NCBI RefSeq assembly: GCF_009914755.1
Contig: NC_060938.1
Origin: the human T2T-CHM13v2.0 reference genome, Homo sapiens
Reading direction: 5' to 3' (one strand)
Length of the DNA: 64,000 nucleotides
The notes under the pieces were generated by a model. That model saw only the letters and a program-made list of their open reading frames with translations. It did not search any database and had not been told where the DNA came from. A program made the position numbers and the translations under genes. Shown here piece after piece: positions 42,691 to 55,641 of the stretch (position 1 is the first letter of the stretch; each line of letters opens with the position of its first letter).

Positions 42691-43904
42691 TTCTAAAGCT
42701 CATCATTTGCACAAGCACAATGAAAGATGGTAGATTGTTATCCTCAGGAGATCCCCAAGTAAGTCCATTCTAACCTCTCTTCTTACTGTGCCTCTGTCAC
42801 CAGATACCCACAGTCAGTGACATTATGGGCAGAGTTCAAGTTCCTTCCATTCTCCACTGTGCTAGAAAGTATTGCACGTCCAGAAATGCTGGGTATGGCC
42901 CTCTTTTCTCACTTCCTTACAGTGAAACCTTAGGGGAAACCCCTTATACTTCTCCAGAGGGGTTTTTTTTGTTTTTGTTTTTTTTGTGGCAGAAAGTGAC
43001 AAATGAAGGAGAAGTATAAGAGTGGTAGAAGGTATATATAACATACGCCCTGCCTACTTCACAGAGTTCTATGGAAGATGAAATGTGATCATGCATGTGA
43101 AATTGTCATATTAATTCAAGGGGCAACGGAAATGCCAGAGACTACTACGTGGAATTTTGAATATGCCTTCTACTCTATATTGCATGCACTTTTCATAAGG
43201 TAGTTTTTTTGCTTTGCAAAAAATAACAAATATTTGACCAAGTAAAACCTGATGGACACATCTACCAGTGACTTCCCTCCTAGCACATGCTCAGTTTTCC
43301 TTCCCACCACTGCTCACATACCCAAGGAATTGTTGGCCTTTGCTCAAGTATCAAATTAATCTAAAGAAAACCTTTCCACTCCTATCTTGCTGACCATTAA
43401 AGGAAAACTGCAAGCAACATCAAAGGGAACCCAATCTTTATATTCAACACAGGCTGTGAAAGGCTGGGGCAAAGTACCCAGCAGGGATTGGACTGCATAT
43501 CTATCTAAGACCTTGAAACTCCGTATTTGTCTAAGACCTTGAAACCAGCTTAACCATGGAGGATCTGATGCAGAGAGAACAGACTCACTCTGCCCAGACC
43601 TGATGCAATAAATTAGACTCAGAAAAGCAATTTAAAATTTTATCAAAGAGAATTAGCCCTTTCTGATAGGGAAACCAATTTGAGAATTCCAAATTTATTG
43701 AACACTTGATATGTACAAAGCACCGTGAGTGCTACAAAGATGTCGTCCCTATTTTTAAGAAGGCTGTAACCAAATATGGTGAATATGAACACACATCATA
43801 GACTAGAATCAAGGTTTTGCTGGAATGCAGGATTCCTATTAAAATAGTAATGGGGAATAAGTCTATAGAGCCATACTATAGAAGTCTCAGGGATACAGAT
43901 ATCT

Positions 43905-44130
43905 TCTGTGTTTTGAGTACCTATAAATCACTATCTAGTATCATATTTAATTCTCCCAACAGTCCTATAAAGTATTTATCATCAACTTCATATTATAGAT
44001 GAAGAAACCAGATTTCAGAGATGTGAAATAACTTTTCCCAAATTACCCAGCTAGAAATAGGTTTAGCTGGGATTTGAACTGAAGTCTCTTTGATGCCAAT
44101 ACTCAGGGAATTTCCAGTACACTTCACTCT
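43905..44130 (-). mobile_element. MIR within an L2 relic (L2 spans about 43690-44430)
   Basis: atagatgaagaaaccagatttcagagatgtgaaataacttttcccaaattacccagctag..gggatttgaac. Confidence 0.7.
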
Positions 44131-46519
44131 CTCCCTGCATAAGAAATTTTTATAAAAGCCTAAGTAATCAGGAGCTGTTGAAAGTTATTGCACAAGAGAA
44201 GAGAAGAATAGATTTGGGTTTTGGAAGATCAATTTGACATTAATTAGTAAAATGGGCTAGAAACAGGGGAGAGATAATAAGGAAGACAGTTAAAGTTATT
44301 TTAATAGCCTAGCCGAAGGAAATAAAGGTCTGGTCTAGATCAGCAGCAACAGAACGGAAAGGATGGATCAGAGACAAGAGACTGCAAAGTTTGATTTATT
44401 AGATATGGCAAATGTCTAGCTGTGGAGGAAACCAAACTGAAATAAGATGGGTCGCAGTTGGCTAACGTGAATACTTCTATGGCAGATGCTTTACAAGGGT
44501 ATACTGACCTTGTGTTTGATCTGCCAACGAGATGAGTTTATTTGTAACTGTGAAGTCCATAATTTTAAGTAGAGTCAAAATTAGGGCCTTTTTTTTGGAA
44601 AACTGATGACTTGGACATCACGGTCACTTCATAGTTGATCTGAAGTCACAGTACAGCTACTCAAAATGTTAGCTTGGTCCCACATGTCCACTGGTCCCAA
44701 CTTAGGATATGTGGGAAATGGTTGCTTTAACACAAAAGAGTCTACCCAGTTAGGTGACAGGGGTTCTGGGTCATTATCAGTTGAAGTTCAGCCCCTAAAC
44801 TCTTAAGGAAAATTTCAAGCATTTTCAAGTACTTAACTTTCATTTTTAGAACAAAATAAAACAGGAGGAGAAGCAAGAAGGGAAGCTGAGTTTCAAAAGA
44901 TGCCATTTTGCAAGACAATGTGCAACTGGAAACCTTTATAGAAAGTCATTTTAGGGAGCACTTATCTCTTTTTAAATTAATGGAGCTTGCTAGTTCCAAG
45001 AATCTCTTGGGCCACCTAGGATTTATTCCACATGTTGTTAGCAAGTGGCAATATATAAAAGACGAGATCTAATATTCAAAATGCTTGTAATAGCAACGTC
45101 CTTCCTGCCAATTGTAATAGCATAAAAACAATTGCACACATCTAATAAATCTGCTGGCTTTCAACAGTTGGAATCAGACCAGCGTCACCTTCTGTCTGCT
45201 GCATGAAGCCAGAACTCTGAAGACTAAAAGAAAATCAGTGCTGGTATGAACTCTGACCTCCCGATCTTCTGACCTGGGTGATCTACTGTTACCCCCATTA
45301 GACTCGACTCATGAAACCCAACGTCTCTATCATTCAAAAAATGGACAGCTGGGGAGCAGGACACATGGAAACAGTATCTAGGGACTTGTAAAATCAGAGA
45401 GAGAAAATTGCAAAGAAGTGTAAATGAGGCAGATGAGCCTTTTCTTATGTGCATGGCAAGAAAATCAAGCTTCATCAGAAGTAATATGTACAGAGCTGAG
45501 AAAAATGTAGGAAAAGGCTTCCAGGGTGATGGGATAGAAACCAAAATTATCTAGAATGAATTAGAGTTGTGGTGGACACAGAAGAGAAAGGATTAGAATG
45601 GTGATAGGCACCTAAGTGAGAACAGGAAGAACAAGTCAAAAAGAGAACCATTTCTCAAGGAGGAGCCTGGTTGCATTGCAGTGGTCTCCTTGGTTACCCA
45701 TCCATGCTAATTATGGCAGTGAGAAAATTAAGGAAAAGCAGAGGTCCCATTGGAAATACAGCGAACTACATACTGAGGCATCTGGGTTCTCATCCTGATA
45801 AAGCTGACAACTAACTTGAGAAAGTCATTTAATTTCTCTAGTCTTTAATTCCTCAGCCATAAAGATGGTCCTATTCCATCTCTGTGGCTTTGATGTAATA
45901 AGATTTAACCTCTATGAATTTCTAATATGAATTCTAGAAGTTGGAAAATTGGAAGAGCCTTTGAAATTGTTCAGTCCAACTCCTATTTCCAGAACCCAAT
46001 AAGGACAATAAAAGGAACATGGAATTTTGAGATCGTAAGATTTTTATTACTTAATCCTGTGCCTAGAACATTTCAATAAATGTAAATTAATCTAATAAGA
46101 AAATATACCAAAATGTATATTTAAATTACCTTTAAAGTTTCTTTACACATACCTTAAAAACTTAATAAAAATAAAAATTATGTGTCTAGCTTTAGCAAAA
46201 ATTGATATGGAAAATCCAAACTTTTAAAGCCAGTGAGCTAAAAGTTAATGCCTTTATAAAGGAATTTAACTTAGCAATCTTTTCTGTAAAAATTGCCCTT
46301 CCCTGCAGCATTTAAGACATTTAAAAACTGAAGTTTGTAAATTAAAACCAAATTCCAATAGAAAATTTTTGTATAAAACTAAATGCCCACAATAAAATAT
46401 ATTCAGAAATCTAGAATTTAAAATGCTTTGTATCAGGGTCAAGCTCTGAAATTACCAATGCATGTCTGCATTTTGTTATAAATATTTTACTAAAGATCTA
46501 ATTTCACAGAGAGTAAAAG

Positions 46520-47000
46520 TCGAATTCCTTACAGTGACCCTGCGATTCTTTCCTCTCCTCCCACCACACCGGGTACCATGTATCTTCATCTTCTACTGGC
46601 CTCCTCTCTCCACCCTGGTTCATTTCTCTCCAAGCACATTAATCTCTTTGTTGTTCCTATAATGTGCCAGGCATGCTCCCATTGCAGGGCCTTTGCACCT
46701 GCTATTCCCTTTGGCTAGAATGCTCTTCCCCCCTCAGATATCCTGAAGAATCGTTCTTTGCCTTTTTGTGAAGCCTTGCCTGGAGACATATTTAAAATTG
46801 CAAAACCATTTAACAGTTTTATTTTCTTCCTTTAGCACATATCGACTATCTAACATACTAGAAATTTTACTTAGGTGTGTTGTTTATCATAAGCTTCAGG
46901 AGGCCAGGTGTTACATATGTTTTGCTGTGTTCCTCTGCACCTTGAGCATTTCTTGGCATAGAGAATGCAGATACTTAAATATTTGCTGAATTAATAAGTA
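46520..47000 (+). mobile_element. L2a 3' fragment
   Basis: cagggcctttgcacctgctattcccttggctagaatgctcttccc; ends aaatatttgctgaattaat. Confidence 0.8.
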
Positions 47001-47385
47001 ATCAATAAGATATGGCATCATGGCCCTTGTTGATTTCTGATTCTTGATAAAAAGATAGCTAAAATGATCTCACCAATCATTTTACAAACTGTTAATAATC
47101 AGATATGGGTGTCCTCATTTGAGGGGGTTGTTGTGAATCACATGATTAGAAATCCATATTTATGGGATCCCCTAATCTTTTATGAATTATGCCTCTTTAC
47201 TTTTAACTTAAGAGAGTTCAAAACAGATTTTATCAATTTTATCCAAACAACTGATAAAGTTATGGCCTCATTGTACCTATGAATAAAATTTTATTAGTAA
47301 GTAGGAATATTAATATTTGGTACACTGTATTCTCAAAAATTCTGGGGGTTGTTTTAAATGGTGAAACACCTCAATTTGAACCTGA

Positions 47386-47752
<367 letters not shown>

Positions 47753-48619
47753 TATTGCAGCTTTTTAAAGCATTTTCTCTTCAAACTTAGCTACACAAAT
47801 ATGACACACTGCTCAGTGATCCTAGGGGTTTGCCCTTATCAAAGACAAGTGCAAAAACTTAAAGCCCAATTCAAACTCATCAAAGTTTGTGAATTTCTTC
47901 TGAAAATGTAGCTTAATCTCCACCCAATAGCAGTAATTCTATTGAACTCATCATACTTTAACAATGGAAAATAAGGGCAGCATGAAGACATCAATTTCCT
48001 TAACCCACTTTGATAATGGATGCAGGTATTTCCTTGAATAAATCCATAATGTTCTTGATCTCCTTTCCACCACCAGTTTAAGTTTTTGTGTTCGGTTGCT
48101 TTCAATGTCAATCAGAATGTGTCTACTAGAGAACAATTCTAAACAGTTCTTCATTTTAGTGTAGGTTGTTGGTTTGATTACAGAAACAAGGTATTTGCCA
48201 AGCTGCTTCTTCATATAAACTTAATGTTTATATTCTACATGGGCACCTTTAAGCATCCCACAACCTGGTGGGGACTGTTGAGTGTGGACATCAAGAAACT
48301 CATGATTTTTATCTCTCCTTTCATCGCATCTGGTAATTAAGCTAACTTGTAAAATTTGGCATACTCTTCTGAAAAATGATGCAAAGAGAGCTAGTAAATC
48401 ATAATTGTAACTTTCCTTTTTCCCCTTTCCTTGGTAAATGAACTCAGTATTTCCATGCTCAGGCTAAACATCTTAAATTCCTTACTAGTTGGGGGGTTAG
48501 ACCACACTGGTTCATGTATACCATCTAGTTTGATAAAATCTCTTTTGCTGAATTCTCAAGCATGAAGCACCCTGGGAAAAAATAAGTGGAATTGGACCTG
48601 TGGACTAATTTTTGAAATA

Positions 48620-48850
48620 AGACCTGGACTATGAGTCAGATGAACTGAGTTTCTATCTTGTACTTCCAGTTACAAATTCTGGAAGTATGGGCAAGTTATA
48701 AAAGCTCCTTGAGCCTCAATTTCCTCTTATATATAGCAGAGTAAATATATACATATATAGTATCTTCTTTACCCTCAGAGGGATATTGAAAAAAATGTTG
48801 CTCCATTACTTTATAAACTGCATGATACTATTTAAATGATGGATTATTAC
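48620..48850 (+). mobile_element. MIR
   Basis: ggactatgagtcagatgaactgagtt..gggcaagtta..tgagcctcaatttcctc. Confidence 0.7.
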
Positions 48851-49529
48851 ACTTATTCCAGCTATTGCCAAGTGAACTGCGGCTGATGCTTTGCTTTGTC
48901 TGGGCTATATGCTTCTCCTTTATCACTTGGCTACTACCTGACACAATCCAAAAGCTGCACAAATGATTCAGTGCACTGGACATTTGTGAAATTGCTTAAA
49001 ATAAATACCTTTGAGAATGATTTTTGCTCTGAGTTTTCTTTGTGATTTTTTTTTTCTGTTAGATCAACTCTGGGCAAAATTATGCAAGAGTATTTTTAGT
49101 AACCCCATTTTTCTTCTCACAACACCATCTGTCTTCTCTACGCCCCTCCCCTTTTTTTTTCTAGGAAATCTAATGCTTCATCAACTCCAGTGATGGAAGA
49201 AAACCTTAACATAGTAACTGTGGGGCTTCCTCCTTTATTGCTCATGAAAGTAGTACCCCCACTGCTCTCCTATTCTCTAATATATACTTTCAAATGTGGC
49301 TGATTGGAGCTGCATTCTTAACAGATACAGCCAAACTGATTAACTAGTTTGCACTACATTAATAATGAAAAATAATGGCTTAATACCTTTTCCCCACCCA
49401 CGTTTAAAATTTGCATTTTAATACTTGTTTGTAATGCCTTACCTCAAAAGCTATCTGTTCTTTCTAGGGTTCCTTATCCACAGGGAGGCCCCTTCCTTGC
49501 CTCTTCCCTTCCTTTATCTAGTTAATACT

Positions 49530-49805
49530 TATTCTACCCCCATCACTAAGGAAGAAGTCTTTTCTGATCTCCCTGACTAGATTAATTCCTTCCAACATAA
49601 TTTCTTAGAGCATCATGGGGTTTTTTTTCTTCACATCATTTATCATAGTTGTAGTTTTATATTTATTCACCCAATTTTTAATGACTTTCTTCCCAATCCC
49701 ACTCAAAGCTCCAAGATAGTATAGACTATAATACATTGTACTTTTTATCTTCATGCCCAAGGGCCTAGATAATGATAGACACTCAACAAATATTAAATGA
49801 TTGAC
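49530..49805 (+). mobile_element. L2 3' fragment
   Basis: Ends tagacactcaacaaatattaaatga. Confidence 0.6.
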
Positions 49806-51415
49806 AGTCTCATCCGTGAACAAATTCATTTTTTATCAGAAAGATTCATGAAGGCAATTACTTTTGAATTGCCTTCTGAAGGTGATCAAGAATCTTCAGT
49901 GGGAGTTCTTCTGTAAGCAAAACTTGACCCTCTTTCTGGCTATTTGAAATCAGAATAGATGTACTCAAAGAACTTTTGGGGTAGATGGCAATAGGCATTC
50001 ACCAGCAACTCATCGGTATGCTAAGAGATCAGACTTGAAAATAGTAGGAAATAAGAGAATTCCAAATGTTTGAAACCAGAAAAGAAGAAGCACAACCATT
50101 CCCTGGGCAAGAAAAGTGGTCTCAATGCCTCTTCTGCTGCTACTCACACTGCTGTCTCTCCCACCCCTGTCACTACAGCCCCTATTTCTGTATCAAAATG
50201 AATCTGATCTTCAAATTCTGCTATATTACCATATCACCAACTAAACAGTCAAAATTCTGTTTGGCTGAATTTAGGTCATGTGCCAGGCCTGGCTAGAAGA
50301 TGGAGCCTTAGTGGGAAAAGATCTCAGCAGGTAGATAACAGGAATTACAATTCAACTCAGACTATTTCTACTTTAGAGAAGGAATTCCCTTAAAAAATTA
50401 ATGGGATGAATGCCGGGCATGAAAAAAACCTGATCAAAATAAACCGCAAGTGACTAAGCAGTCAGTATAATTCTAGCTCTGTTTATCCTAAAGAAAATAA
50501 GTCTGAAAATGGCAGAAAACCTAAGAGAAGAACATTTAGCATCCTCCAATAGGTCCAGACATAAGTATAAAATGCAGATATGGTAAATTCCTCACAAACT
50601 CACAGAGTCAGCAAAATGTAGATCCTGCTAGTCTACATTTAAAAAATCACTTAGGAATTAAAATTTCAGTCAAGCTCTCTGTCTGTTCACTGATTATAAT
50701 AATTGGTCACTATCCAAAATGGAACAACATCTGATTCCTCAAATAAACTTATCCCAAAAGTTAAAGATCAAAAGTTAGGGCAACAAAACTCTTAGTTAGC
50801 TCTCCTCATCTTATTTCTTCTAATGCATTTAGATTCTAGTGAATTACTGGAATGCAGTAACTGGATGTTACATCCATATGCTCAATGCATTGCCCAAGAG
50901 AAACAAATTACTTAACCATCAGATGCTGCTCTGCAGAAACTTCCATAATTCCCTGATCCTACCACTTAACTGCTCCCCATGTTCATATTATGTGTGCTGT
51001 TTTCTTTTATGAATATTTTACTTTATTTTCCCATTTTATTGTGCACCTCTTTTAATCTCCACTGTCCTTCCTGTTCATTAACTTAGTGATCTGAAACTTA
51101 AAAGCAGCCAATATCAAATATTAAGTGGGAACCCTTATTTCTAATTCCTGATGATTCCTTTCTGTGCAAGAATCCAAAGTAGTATAACACCTAACCTCTG
51201 CTTCTTGACTCACTGGCCCCAGAAGCACAGCCTTACCTGAAGAATAAACCTGGCCAGGATAACCCAACTCCACACTTCCATAGAGTGTGCTACTACCCTA
51301 TCCCCCTCAGTTGCTCCTCTAGGGCAGGATCTTACCCTCTTGCCCATGTCCAGTGTTGGAAGAGACCTAGAGCTTAAGCCTGCCATATTCTGGGAATCTG
51401 AGCTCTCAGGGTAGG

Positions 51416-51779
51416 TGTATTAGTTCATTCTCATGCTGCTAATAAAGACATACCCAAGACTGGGTAATTTATAAAGGAAAGAGATTTAATTGACTTATAG
51501 TTCCACATGGCTGGGGATGCCTCACAATCATGGCAGAAGGTGAATGAGGAGCAAAGTCATGTCTTACATGGTGGCAGGCCAGAAGCTTGTGTAGGGGAAC
51601 TCCCCTTTATAAAACCATCAGATCTTGTGAGACTTACTGACTATCATGAGAACAGTATGGGGAAGATCTACCCACCATGATTCAATTACCTACCACTGTG
51701 TCCCTCCCACAACACTTGTGAATTATGGGAGCTACCATTCAAGATGAGTTTTCGGTGGGGACACAGCCAAACCATATCA
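51416..51779 (-). mobile_element. THE1 (C-like) solo LTR
   Basis: tgtattagttcattctcatgctgctaataaagacatacccaagactggg ... acacagccaaaccatatca. TSD gtagg/ctagg (4 of 5 match). Confidence 0.95.
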
Positions 51780-52744
51780 CTAGGCTTCCCAGCTTATGAG
51801 ATAATATGCTTTCCTCCAATTGCTACTCCTTTGTTTCATTTCAAATTGTTCAAAACCTAAATGGAAGGAGAGGTGCAATTTGAGGGCCATTAAAACCCAA
51901 AACACAAATACTCTTCACCTAATTTTATCTCAGCAGTATTTGTATCTCCATTTTTGCCTCTCTCTATTAATTGAGTGAAAACTGAGAAAAAGAAATGAAG
52001 TATCCAGGGTTCTTGTCTGAGGCTGCTGGGCTAAAATGCATTCTTCTGGTCTAGGAGGTTTTTTGTGCAGGATCAATCCTGATGAAATCATAAGAAGAGA
52101 ATTTAAAATGAGAACATCTGGCTGGTAGGCTCCACAGAGGTTAAAGAACTGATACTGTCCCAAATATGCTATCACCAATGTTATTAGAAATGTTTTTTAT
52201 CTTCTATTCTCTAGCATGCATGGCAAACAGGCACCAGGTGTTCCAGTCCTCTTTGGTAGCACAATTAGTAGCAAACCATGCATGGAGTACAATTGCTTGG
52301 CCCCCGAGTGATTTGGCTCTCCAAACTGAAGAGGCTGAGAGCAAGCTGGTGCTTCCCTGACCACTCAAATCACAGCTGGGTACTCCATTCATAGGACTCC
52401 CTCCCAGCCTCATCAGTGTGTGTCCAACCTAGCTGGGCTCACAGAAGCTTGGATAGAACAGAAGGAAACACTTTAGATTGCTTTCAGGCACAATTCACCA
52501 TATTGGTTGTTTGTCTATGAAGAGTAGTGAAAATGGGTCCTAGATTTTGTTTTATTTGCAGAGGACTTTTATACCAATAATGTCAGTTGTTCAAGATAAT
52601 GTTCCAAAAGAGGATTCATTTATTCCAAAATTTTAGTGGCAAATACTAAACCAGAAAAACTGTTTATGTCAAAAAATGAGTCAGACCCTTGGGTTCCAAG
52701 AGACTTTGGCCATTCATCTACATAATCTTTAAAAATTATAAAAG

Positions 52745-53170
52745 ATTATATTGTTCATCTGCTTAAAATCCTCAGTGGCTTCCCTTTGTAGTTCCAACCT
52801 AAATTTTTTACATGTTATGTTCATTCTGCTCCAAGACTATTCGTCTGTCTCTTCCCTCTGCTTTGGATACTTCCTTTTCCCTTTCCTAACCTCCTGGACC
52901 AGATTGGCTCGTTCTTATTATCTGGTTCTTAGCTCAAACATGGTCTCCTCAGCGAGATCTTTTCTAATTATTTAAAGAGGCACACTAACCCTAGTCATTC
53001 TCGAGCTTGTTTTGTTTTTGTTTTCTTCTTTTTCATGTGTATTGCCTGCCTTTCTCACTAAGGTGTAAACTACATTAGGCAGGGACGACGATTGTCATAT
53101 TCATCATGGTAGCCCCACCTCCTAGAAGAGTGCCTGCTGGATATATGGCAGGCACTCTGATGAATTTATT
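52745..53170 (+). mobile_element. L2 fragment
   Basis: tgcttaaaatcctcagtggcttccc; cttagctcaaacatggtctcctcag; cctagaagagtgcctg. Confidence 0.7.
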
Positions 53171-54084
53171 GAAGCATAGCAACCCAAACACTTTCAATGG
53201 CAATATACATAATTACATATTCGTATTTGTATATATAAAAATATACATAATTGTAATACATAAAAACATATATCATAAATAACTATAACAATATGGATCT
53301 AGGTATCAAGAAAACCTTTCTACATCTTGCATTTGCATTGATTCCACTTGGTGGAATAGTCTAGGATGCTTGAGATTAATTACTAGGTGTTCTTCATCAG
53401 TCTCTGCACAGTACTACACAGCAAGTATCACAAAGGAAGGAATTCTGGGCAGACAAAAAATACATGATAGCCCTTTGCACAGAATTTCCCGTGTGCTTTC
53501 TGTATCATTTGATCATTCCGCACTATTAGCAATCAGGTAAGAAATAAAGGAGCCTAAACAGAAGAGACACTGCCTATTAAATTTTGAGCTATACCTAAGT
53601 TTCTGTAAATGGTAAGCAGTGAATTCAACCAATGCAGAACATAAAGTTTTGGAAATATCTGAATCAATAATTCACCAACTTTACTATTTTTGCATTATTC
53701 TCAGCATTCTGTGTCACATCATTTTAAAGTGATGTTATGACATGTGTCGATAGTGGCCACATGATAAATAATATTTTGGTTTCCTGTTACCATGTAATTA
53801 AACTACTGAATAATCTGATTTTTTTAAAAAATTAGAAAAGCAATTCTTGTAGATTTTTTTATGTTTGAGTTTTTCATCTTTTAATTCAATGTTGTTTTGT
53901 TCAGATTCAACCTTAAGTTGTTAAGCATCAGGATTGAGACGGGACCCACAAGAAAGCAACTAAATTATATATATATGTGTATGTGTGTGCATCACATAGA
54001 GATATAGATCATTCTCATGGATCCTTAAAACAGCTCGGGGAGGCCATGAAAGTGTTCTTACTTTTGAGGCTTGCAAGTTGCACA

Positions 54085-54560
54085 AAGGTTCTTTTAGTTA
54101 CAAGTGATACAAACCCAAGTTAAAAACTAGCTCAAGTTCATACTTGAATGAACTTGAAATGAATTTGTACCAATAGCCAGGGAGTAAATCAAGATACTTC
54201 AAGGAATGAGAGAAAATGCTTCATAAATGAGTGCTTCAGAATCTGGAATTGGAACCTGGGATTACAATGCTGTCAGGTCTTTCTTACTGTCCATCCATCT
54301 CATCCCCACCTGACTCTGCTTCTCTTTGTATATCAGTTAAATTACTTCCTACTACAGAGAAGCCTTCTTCATGTGGCAGTGAATATAGCTCCTATCAGCT
54401 TCAGCTTAGCACAGGAAAAGTCTTTCCCTTTTCCCAATGACCTTGTATCAATCTATGGAAACAGTCTGGCTTCTCCTGCTTCAATTAAATGCCAACTATT
54501 ATAATTAAGGTGCACAAAGTCCATTAGTAAGAGGGGAAATCTAATTGGGCAGGGAAAAAA
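54085..54560 (-). mobile_element. Old MLT1 (J/K/L-like) LTR
   Basis: Reverse LTR end tttagttacaagtgatacaaacccaa. Confidence 0.5.
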
Positions 54561-55641
54561 TGCAATTTCAGTCTATTTCAAAGGCTAAGAATCAATTTCT
54601 TTACTGTCATCATTTGCTGAGTATCCCCTTCATCCTAGGCATTCGACTAAGGACTGTCAACGCAGATAAAATCTGTAATTCCTAAAACATTACTTTATAC
54701 ACACATATTAATTAGTTACTTTTTTCCCTCGATGGGCTCACGATATACTTTGAGAGCCAGACCATAAACATTAAAAGGGTTATATATGACAGTTTTGTAA
54801 GCACCAAAGAGATACACCACTGATTAACACCGTAGAGTTTTTTTTTTAAAGAGGGTCAACATTATTTTAGGCTATAATAATCTGGGACATTTTAATGGAA
54901 GACATAGGAATTAACTTCCCAGCCAACCTCAAAGGACTGGCAGAACCTAGGTAAGTGGAGAGCCACTGATCCTTCTGGAGCCCACTTCTCCATACTGTTT
55001 CAATATACCAGCTAGGTCTGAGATCCACAAAGGAATCAGAAGGCCCAGGCCCTTGCCGGTGTCTCCTTCTAGAAGTTCAGAGTGGGCATTGAGCCCCGAC
55101 TCTGACCACTCACCCCTCTGGCTTCAGGGCTCTGGCTAGTAGGACATATACAGAAAGAAGAAATTGCCAAATAAGGATTCAAGTATCAGCTTCATAATGG
55201 GCCAGGATAGGGCTCTTTCCTAACTGCTATATTGAAGCAGGATAGAGGGTTTTCTTACCCTCACCTGTGTATTGGTTTCCTAGGACTCCCATAACAAATC
55301 ACCACAAACTTGGTGGCTTAAAACAATATGAATGTATCCTCTCTCAGTTCTGAAGATCAAAAGTCCAAAATTAAGATGAGACAGCCATACTTCCTCTGAA
55401 GTTTCTAAATGAGAATCTATCCTTGCCTCTTTCAGCTTCTGGTGGCTCCAGGCTGTCTTTTGTGTGTGGATGCATAACTTTAATCTCTGCTTCCATCTTT
55501 ACATGGCTTTTTCTCCTGTGTCTCTGACTCAAATCTCCCTCTGCCTTTCTAAAGATCCTTATCATTGGACTTGAGCCTCATGCTAAATCTAGAGTGATTT
55601 CATCTCAAAATCCTTAGTTTAATTATATCTGCACAGACTTC

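Noticed and set aside
43504-43545. 16-bp direct repeat TCTAAGACCTTGAAAC, two copies
   Set aside because: A simple local slippage duplication with no element between the copies.
54132-54157. 10-bp-arm hairpin TCAAGTTCAT-N6-ATGAACTTGA
   Set aside because: Short, inside an old LTR, and near chance expectation. At most a minor template-switch scar.
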